DNA of 15,957 nucleotides, taken from NCBI GenBank assembly GCA_016838845.1, contig JAEHKV010000156.1, forward strand, positions 1-15,957. Reading direction: 5' to 3'. The DNA is from Nitrosopumilales archaeon. Lineage in GTDB: Archaea > Thermoproteota > Nitrososphaeria > Nitrososphaerales > Nitrosopumilaceae. The position numbers and the translations under genes are program-made. This document shows positions 7,530-14,646 of this stretch, piece after piece; positions within the stretch are counted from its first letter, which is position 1; each line of letters begins with the position of its first letter. The notes beneath the pieces were generated by a model. It did no database searches. It was not told the DNA's origin and saw nothing but the letters and a program-made list of their open reading frames with translations.

Positions 7530-8330
7530 TCAATCCGCAATTACATTAATCTTCCCTGGTCTATATCCTTCAGGATCAGCAATAACTGATGTAAATCCAA
7601 ATTGTTTTAATTTTGAGTATATTGTATGGAGTATTTTTTTGTTTTTTAATAGGTCTAAGTCGTCTTGCAAAAGTTCTATCTTTGCAATTCCATTGAGATC
7701 TCTTACACGTATATGGTTAACGTTAAGTGTTTTTTTCACAAATTGTTCACTAATCTCAATTCTTAAAAGACGTTCTTGAGTTACACTTTGACCCCAAGGA
7801 ATTCTAGAAGCGAGACAAGAATTTGACGGCTTATCAAAAATTGTCAAACCTACTGTTTTAGCTCCATCTCTTACATCCTTTTTAGAAAATTTAGTCTCAA
7901 CTAGAGGACTTTGAATTCCATTATCTTTCATTGCATTAATTCCTGGACGATAATCATTCAGGTCATCTAGATTGGTTCCATCAACAATTACATCGACTTG
8001 AATTTCTTTTGCAAAATTGTTAAGATGATAAGCAAGCTCGCTCCTACAATGGAAACATCTATTCTTATCATTTCTCACAAAATCCTCATTTTCTAATTCA
8101 TTATATTCAATAGTTTGATGAGAAATACCAATTTCACGACATACTTTTTTTGCTGTGTTTAGTTCTTCTTGAGACAAAGTTTTGTAATCAGCAGTTACTG
8201 CAATGGCCGATTTTCCTAACTTTTGAAATGCTGCATAAGCAACCAAAGCACTATCTACACCACCAGACAAGGCTATGATGACTTTATCTTTATTTTCAAA
8301 CCAGTTTATCAATTCATTTAATTTATTCAT
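7530..8330 (-). CDS. larE: NPN-cofactor biosynthesis sulfur transferase LarE (PP-loop ATP pyrophosphatase family)
   Basis: PP-loop SGGVDS at aa 22-27. LarE-like blocks RCFHCRSEL, DGTNLDDLNDYRPG, SPL and SCLASRIPWG, the last holding the Cys equivalent to the sulfur-donor Cys. 266 aa. The start overlaps the larC stop (ATGA). Confidence 0.85.
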   Translation of the reverse strand: MNKLNELINWFENKDKVIIALSGGVDSALVAYAAFQKLGKSAIAVTADYKTLSQEELNTAKKVCREIGISHQTIEYNELENEDFVRNDKNRCFHCRSELAYHLNNFAKEIQVDVIVDGTNLDDLNDYRPGINAMKDNGIQSPLVETKFSKKDVRDGAKTVGLTIFDKPSNSCLASRIPWGQSVTQERLLRIEISEQFVKKTLNVNHIRVRDLNGIAKIELLQDDLDLLKNKKILHTIYSKLKQFGFTSVIADPEGYRPGKINVIAD

Positions 8331-9553
8331 GTGGAATCCAACTTTTTCTTTACTTGGAATTTGATTAATTCCCCAGTTTCTCTGAAAGATTTATTCAACA
8401 AATTTGAAATTTGTTTTACATCATCAAATTCTAGCTTAAAATTCTTAGAGTCCTTATTAGCAGTTTTATAGTGTATAGTGAAATTTTGGCCATCAATAGT
8501 TACAGGAATTGATTCTAATGATCTTGGTACTATGAAACGTTCTGATGTGCGGACTCGTACGCCCAAAGTTCCTGTTTCACTAATTAACAAATTCATAATA
8601 TCATGAACAGAATTTGAATCACAAATGACAGAAACTAGATTTGTCGGTCTTCCTTTTTTTGTGATTGCATATGAAATTGTGACATCTTTAGCACCTTTAG
8701 ACATTATCTTTTCAATTAAATTTCCTAAAATTTCACCTGATACATCATCAACATTTGTTTCTAAAACTTTTACAGAGTCTTTGACTAGAATATTGGTTTC
8801 TATACCTTGAACTATTTTTAAGACGTTTGAAAATCCTTCAAAGTCTTTTTTTCCAGCTCCATAACCAATTGATTTTACTGTTAGGGAAGGATAAAATTCA
8901 GAACATTCATTTGTTAAACTTACCAACAAGCTTGCACCGGTTGGAGTTGTTAGTTCTTCTTTTGCATTTCCACCATAAATTATAATATTTGAATTTCTAA
9001 AAATTTCAAGAATTGCGCTTGCAGGATTTGAAGTAGTTCCATGAGAGAAAGTAATAGTTCCACCACCTACCGCAACTGGTGATGTAACTATATGATCGTC
9101 AAAAAATTTTAAATCATCTAAAGCAATTGCAGTTCCAATAATATCTACAACAGTATCAATACTTGAAGCTTCATGAAAGTGTACAGACTCTAATGGATAG
9201 CCGTGTATTTTGGATTCAGCTTGCATAAGAACATCAATACTGGATATAGCAAAATTCTTTGCTTTTTCTGAAAGGGTTAGTTTTTTCATAGAATCCTCAA
9301 TGCATTTTTTTATGTCAGCTCCTTTTCTTTCGTGAACTTTTTCATCCACCTCTAGAACAAGTGTTGTGGCCTCAGTTCCATGTTTTTTTACACTTTCAAA
9401 ATCAATTTTTTTAATTTCAGAACCATCTAGAAATTTTTCTGCAGTTTTAATTCCATCAATTATTTTTGATTTATCTGCACCTAAATTTACCAATGCGGAA
9501 AGTAGCATGTCGCCAGAAATACCAGCTATTTGTGGATCTATAACAATTACCAT
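8327..9553 (-). CDS. larC: NPN-cofactor nickel insertase (cyclometallase) LarC, DUF111 family, single unfused-frame ORF
   Basis: N-terminus MVIVIDPQIAGISGDMLLSALVNLGAD is the typical DUF111/LarC opening. 408 aa. Adjacent to and translationally coupled with larE. No frameshift is needed, unlike the split larC1/larC2 of Lactobacillus plantarum. Confidence 0.85.
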   Translation of the reverse strand: MVIVIDPQIAGISGDMLLSALVNLGADKSKIIDGIKTAEKFLDGSEIKKIDFESVKKHGTEATTLVLEVDEKVHERKGADIKKCIEDSMKKLTLSEKAKNFAISSIDVLMQAESKIHGYPLESVHFHEASSIDTVVDIIGTAIALDDLKFFDDHIVTSPVAVGGGTITFSHGTTSNPASAILEIFRNSNIIIYGGNAKEELTTPTGASLLVSLTNECSEFYPSLTVKSIGYGAGKKDFEGFSNVLKIVQGIETNILVKDSVKVLETNVDDVSGEILGNLIEKIMSKGAKDVTISYAITKKGRPTNLVSVICDSNSVHDIMNLLISETGTLGVRVRTSERFIVPRSLESIPVTIDGQNFTIHYKTANKDSKNFKLEFDDVKQISNLLNKSFRETGELIKFQVKKKLDST

Positions 9554-9575
9554 AGAAGGAAATTCAGTAAAAATG

Positions 9576-9583
9576 AATATAAA
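9576..9583 (-). promoter_or_regulatory. Putative TATA box, larC-larE operon
   Basis: The minus strand reads TTTATATT, followed by 22 nt and then the ATG at 9553. Confidence 0.4.
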
Positions 9584-9615
9584 TTCTATTGAAAATTATC
9601 TGACTGTTCATTAGA

Positions 9616-9623
9616 TTTAATTA
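9616..9623 (+). promoter_or_regulatory. Putative TATA box, mdh
   Basis: TTTAATTA, followed by 22 nt and then the ATG at 9646. It sits back-to-back with the larC box inside the 92-nt divergent intergenic region. Confidence 0.4.
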
Positions 9624-9645
9624 TTAATAATTCAGACCGCACTTC

Positions 9646-10560
9646 ATGATTACAATTATTGGTGCTGGGAAGGTAGGTGGGGGTGCTGCATTATTCTCTG
9701 CACTCAGAAATTTAGATGATCAAATTCTTTTGCTGGATATTGTTGAGGGCTTGCCTCAGGGCGAAGCGATGGACATTAACCATGCACTTTCTGAGCAAGG
9801 TATTGATGTTGAGATTAAAGGTTCGAACGATTATTCAGATATGAAAGGCTCGAACATTGTTGTAGTTGTTGCTGGCTTGGGAAGAAAACCTGGAATGACA
9901 AGAATGGATCTCTTGCAAAAAAATGCTGGGATTGTAAAAAGTGTTGTTGAAAATATAAAAAAATATGCAGATAACTCTATGATTATTCCTGTTACAAATC
10001 CTCTTGATCCCATGACCTATATCTGTTACAAGGTTTCCGGTTTTGAAAGAAACAGAGTGTTTGGAATGGGAGGAATGTTAGACATATCTAGATTCAAACA
10101 ATTTATTCATGAAGCAACAGGGCATTCCCGTCATTCAATTCGTGCTTTAGTTATTGGTGAGCATGGTGAAAACATGTTACCGTTACCAAGATTTTCAAGT
10201 GTGTCTGGAATTCCTTTAACCTCATTATTGTCTAAAGAAAAACTTGATGAATTGGTTCAGAATACCCGCAATGTTGCAGCTAAAGTAATAGAACTTAAAG
10301 GAGCAACAGTTCATGCACCAGGCAATGGAATTTCAGCTATCATTGATTCTGTTGTGAATGACAAAAAGCAAGTTTTGCCAATAGCTACCTATCTTGATGG
10401 AGAGTATGGATATTCTGATGTAACTATCGGGGTACCAGCTGTGATAGGAAAAAATGGTGTTGAGAAGATTATTGAATTAGATTTGAACGATGAAGAGAAA
10501 GAGATGTTCAACAAAGGGATTGAAAGTGTCAAAAACGCCATCTCAGGTATTAAAATCTAA
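9646..10560 (+). CDS. mdh: Malate dehydrogenase, LDH-like (NAD-dependent) family
   Basis: Rossmann motif [22 protein letters not shown]. Substrate loop [15 protein letters not shown], with Arg at the position that separates MDH (Arg) from LDH (Gln). NPLDPMTY. Catalytic-His block IGEHGENM. 304 aa. Confidence 0.9.
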   Translation: MITIIGAGKVGGGAALFSALRNLDDQILLLDIVEGLPQGEAMDINHALSEQGIDVEIKGSNDYSDMKGSNIVVVVAGLGRKPGMTRMDLLQKNAGIVKSVVENIKKYADNSMIIPVTNPLDPMTYICYKVSGFERNRVFGMGGMLDISRFKQFIHEATGHSRHSIRALVIGEHGENMLPLPRFSSVSGIPLTSLLSKEKLDELVQNTRNVAAKVIELKGATVHAPGNGISAIIDSVVNDKKQVLPIATYLDGEYGYSDVTIGVPAVIGKNGVEKIIELDLNDEEKEMFNKGIESVKNAISGIKI

Positions 10561-10564
10561 TTAG

Positions 10565-10572
10565 ATATTTAT
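10565..10572 (+). promoter_or_regulatory. Putative TATA box, larB
   Basis: ATATTTAT, followed by 23 nt and then the TTG at 10596. It lies in the 35-nt mdh-larB spacer. Confidence 0.3.
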
Positions 10573-10595
10573 CCAAAAAGTAGTTAGAGTTTACG

Positions 10596-11375
10596 TTGGA
10601 ATTAGATGAAATTTTAGATTCTGTAAAGGCTGGAAAAGTTTCTAGTGCAAAGGCTCGCAAATTATTGTCATTATATTCAATACAAAAAATTGAGAATTTT
10701 GCTCAGATCGATATTGACCGTAAAAAACGACGTGGAATTCCAGAGGTAGTCTTTGCACAAGACAAACAATTATCTGAAATTAAAAAAATTATTCAAGCTG
10801 TATTAAAAAAATCAAATTCTATTTTGGTTTCAAGGTTGAAGAAAAAAGATGGTGCCAAAATAAAATTATATGCTAAAAAATTAAATCTAAAAATAGATAC
10901 TGGAAAAAAATCTAGCTCGATTCTTTTATACAAAAAACCAATAAAGAATTCTGGTGGCAAAGTAGGAATTCTAAGTGCAGGTTCCTCAGACATTGGTGTC
11001 GCTGAAGAGGCCAGATTAATGTGCCGTGCTATGAATTGTGAATGCGTTTGCAGCTATGATGTTGGAGTAGCTGGCATGCACAGGCTTTTTCCTATACTTA
11101 AGAAGTTCATTTCTAATGATGTTGATTCTGTAATTGTAATAGCTGGAATGGAAGGAGCTTTACCAACATTGGTTTCTTCATTAGTGGATATTCCTGTAAT
11201 TGGAGTTCCAACATCGATTGGTTATGGATATGGGGAAAAAGGAATTGGGGCTTTAGCTGCAATGTTACAAAGCTGCTCATTGGGGTTATCTGTTGTGAAT
11301 ATAGATAATGGAATTGGGGCAGGAGCAGTGGCTGCGAACATAGCTAATAGAGCAAATAGAAATAGAATAAAATAA
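10596..11375 (+). CDS. larB: NPN-cofactor biosynthesis protein LarB (NaAD carboxylase/hydrolase, PurE-like)
   Basis: PurE/AIR-carboxylase-like core (GKVGILSAGSSDIGVAEEARLM...VIVIAGMEGALPTLVSSLVDIPVIGVPTSIGYG), preceded by the ~110-aa N-terminal extension typical of LarB. TTG start; there is no in-frame ATG near the N-terminus. Clustered with larC/larE. Confidence 0.82.
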   Translation: MELDEILDSVKAGKVSSAKARKLLSLYSIQKIENFAQIDIDRKKRRGIPEVVFAQDKQLSEIKKIIQAVLKKSNSILVSRLKKKDGAKIKLYAKKLNLKIDTGKKSSSILLYKKPIKNSGGKVGILSAGSSDIGVAEEARLMCRAMNCECVCSYDVGVAGMHRLFPILKKFISNDVDSVIVIAGMEGALPTLVSSLVDIPVIGVPTSIGYGYGEKGIGALAAMLQSCSLGLSVVNIDNGIGAGAVAANIANRANRNRIK

Positions 11376-11408
11376 TTTTCAACAAAATAGCACTTACACA
11401 GACCTTCA

Positions 11409-11414
11409 TTTTTT
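11409..11414 (+). terminator. Oligo-T tract downstream of larB
   Basis: A T6 run 34 nt after the larB stop codon. Confidence 0.25.
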
Positions 11415-11480
11415 AGAGTCGAGTTATCAAAAATAAAATTCAGAATATTATGAAAAATAAAAAAATCTTCTCGTAAACGA

Positions 11481-11487
11481 TATATAG
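11481..11487 (+). promoter_or_regulatory. Putative TATA box, radical SAM gene
   Basis: TATATAG, followed by 25 nt and then the TTG at 11513. Confidence 0.35.
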
Positions 11488-11512
11488 TATACTTAAAGGA
11501 ATTGAGTTAATA

Positions 11513-13081
11513 TTGGCTGGAAAAAGAATTGTTTTAACTGCAGATCGTAGTTTGATGACAAATTATAGAGGCAATTTCCTATATGGTTTCATAGCATGTG
11601 GGCCATACGACGTTCTACCAGAATGGGTTTTTGACAAGGTCTTTTGTCCTCCAGTGGAAACTGATCCCAATACCGGAGAAGTAAAGGTTGCACAAGTAGG
11701 TTTGAGGAGGGTTGAGAGTGCTTTGTTACAAGGTTACAAACGAGATGAGGTTTTTTTAGCTAGTCCTGATTATCTTGAAAAATCTGTTGGGAGTGACACA
11801 AAAGTAGTTGGAATAAATGTTATGGATCCATTAGGGATGGCTCCAGTAACTACCACCATGTCTCCAGAAAGATTATCCTATGTGGCTATGAAGTTCAAAA
11901 AAATGTGTGCACAAATAATTCAGTTGAAAAAGAAATACAATTTTCATGTCGTTGTTGGAGGAAATGGTGCTTGGGAATTAGCGAAGACAGATAGAATGAA
12001 GATTCATGGAATTGATACAGTTGTTGTTGGTGAGGCAGATGAGTTAGCATTAGATTTGTTTAATGATTTAGAAAAAAATGATGCCCCTGAACTAATGCAT
12101 TGTTTTGTAAAAAATATTCAAAATATTCCAATTATAGAAGGACCAACAGTGAATTCATTAATTGAAGCTATGCGAGGTTGTGGAAGAGGCTGTGACTTTT
12201 GTGATGTTAATAAAAGATCCAAGAAGGATCTACCTTTAGAAAGACTTCAGCATGAAGCAAGGATAAATTTGGATTATGGATTTGATTCAATTTGGTTGCA
12301 CTCTGATGAGATGCTACTTTATGGGTGCGATAATAAAGACTTCCAACCAAATTATGATGCAATAATGGAATTATGGAAGGGACTTAAAGGAATTGGCGCA
12401 AACTTTATTGGAACTACACATATGACATTTTCTGGAGTAGTTGCTGACCCAAAACTCATACAGGATATGTCTGAAGTGAATGAAATGCACAATAATGGCA
12501 GATGGCTTTCAACTAATTTGGGAATAGAAACAGTAGCACCTAGAATGGTGGACAAACATCTTGGTGTTAAAACAAAACCATTCTCAAATGATGAATGGGG
12601 ATGGGTTGTAAGAGAGGGCGCTAAAATCTTAAATGAAAATCATTGGTTCCCAGCTGCTACAATCATTATTGGGTGGCCAGATGAAATGCCTGATGAAGTA
12701 CAATACACAATTGATATGATGGGTGACTTTAGAGCAACTAACTTCAGAGGGCTTGTAGCTCCATTGCTCTACCAAGATTTTGGCGAAAAAAATTCCATGC
12801 ATTTTGGTAATCTGAATGAAGCACAGTTTACGCTCTTTTGGAAATGTTGGGAGAATAATTTGAGAGTAATTAATGATATCATTCCAATTATTCTTCGAAA
12901 CAAGACCTATGGGCCACCGATGAAAGTGTTTATGTATGGAATTCTTAAAGTTGGTACTTGGGCAATCATGCGATATTTACGAGGATTGTGTAAAGATCTT
13001 TTCAATGGAAGGACTCCTGATGAGATTATAGAGAAATATGCAAGGAGTCGTTCTGTAACCGCCCCAGTATATACAAAATAA
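11513..13081 (+). CDS. Radical SAM enzyme with N-terminal Rossmann/B12-binding-like domain, substrate unknown
   Basis: CX3CX2C motif CGRGCDFC at Cys223/227/230 (nt 12179-12202). It is preceded by an alpha/beta-like region (KVVGINVMDPLG, HVVVGGNGAWEL, VVVGEADE), as in class-B-like radical SAM proteins. 522 aa, TTG start. No C-terminal SPASM-like Cys cluster. Confidence 0.8.
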   Translation: MAGKRIVLTADRSLMTNYRGNFLYGFIACGPYDVLPEWVFDKVFCPPVETDPNTGEVKVAQVGLRRVESALLQGYKRDEVFLASPDYLEKSVGSDTKVVGINVMDPLGMAPVTTTMSPERLSYVAMKFKKMCAQIIQLKKKYNFHVVVGGNGAWELAKTDRMKIHGIDTVVVGEADELALDLFNDLEKNDAPELMHCFVKNIQNIPIIEGPTVNSLIEAMRGCGRGCDFCDVNKRSKKDLPLERLQHEARINLDYGFDSIWLHSDEMLLYGCDNKDFQPNYDAIMELWKGLKGIGANFIGTTHMTFSGVVADPKLIQDMSEVNEMHNNGRWLSTNLGIETVAPRMVDKHLGVKTKPFSNDEWGWVVREGAKILNENHWFPAATIIIGWPDEMPDEVQYTIDMMGDFRATNFRGLVAPLLYQDFGEKNSMHFGNLNEAQFTLFWKCWENNLRVINDIIPIILRNKTYGPPMKVFMYGILKVGTWAIMRYLRGLCKDLFNGRTPDEIIEKYARSRSVTAPVYTK

Positions 13082-13083
13082 AT

Positions 13084-13407
13084 CTATAATTTTTCTAGTG
13101 CTGCGTCTGCTATGGTATTTCTTTTTGGCGTAATACAGACAAAATAGTTCTTATCTGCTCTTTCAATAGAATCAACTTTTTTGTATGTCTTTGAATTCAT
13201 ATCAAATTCATATATTCCATTTTCAAGATCACCTTTTACATAAATCATCAAATAGCTATCTCCAGTTGCGGGACTCAATGGAATGAATGCCATAACAAAA
13301 CCCTTGTAAGAGTTGACGGGCATCGTGTTTTTCATTGGGGGGGCAGCTGCAGACATGTACATAAAAATATCTTCAATTGTTTCAAATTCCTCATATTCAA
13401 CATGCAT
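13084..13407 (-). CDS. Hypothetical small cytoplasmic protein (107 aa)
   Basis: ORF with no signal peptide or TM segment and no motif I recognise. It lies 53 nt downstream of the CFI-box protein gene on the same strand, and its stop is 2 nt from the convergent radical SAM stop. The coding call rests on ORF length and position only. Confidence 0.45.
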   Translation of the reverse strand: MHVEYEEFETIEDIFMYMSAAAPPMKNTMPVNSYKGFVMAFIPLSPATGDSYLMIYVKGDLENGIYEFDMNSKTYKKVDSIERADKNYFVCITPKRNTIADAALEKL

Positions 13408-13460
13408 TATAATTATTGAATTATTTTGGATATAATAACTTACGGCGTTGTTGATAGATT

Positions 13461-14491
<1,031 letters not shown>

Positions 14492-14646
14492 TAAGTGAAA
14501 GAAAATTTGACATCATAATGTCTTGATTAAAACTTCCTCTCGTTTTTAAGTAAAAACAAAAAATTTGAAAAGATGATCCTCAAACAGAGAATTTTTTGAA
14601 TTTACCCATACTAGTAATAGTCAGCAATTCCATAAAACATGAAGAA

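Noticed and set aside
8625-10013. ORFs 8625-8810 (+), 9366-9614 (+) and 9831-10013 (-).
   Set aside because: They are antisense to larC or mdh. ORF 9366-9614 extends into the larC/mdh promoter spacer but is mostly the mirror of the larC 5' end. No motifs are present.
7530-11375. Reading the lar genes as a complete lactate racemase operon.
   Set aside because: No larA, larR, lactate or nickel transporter genes are in the window. Only the cofactor-biosynthesis half is present, so lactate racemisation cannot be claimed.
10793-12555. Minus-strand ORFs 10793-10993 and 12352-12555.
   Set aside because: They are antisense shadows within larB and the radical SAM gene.
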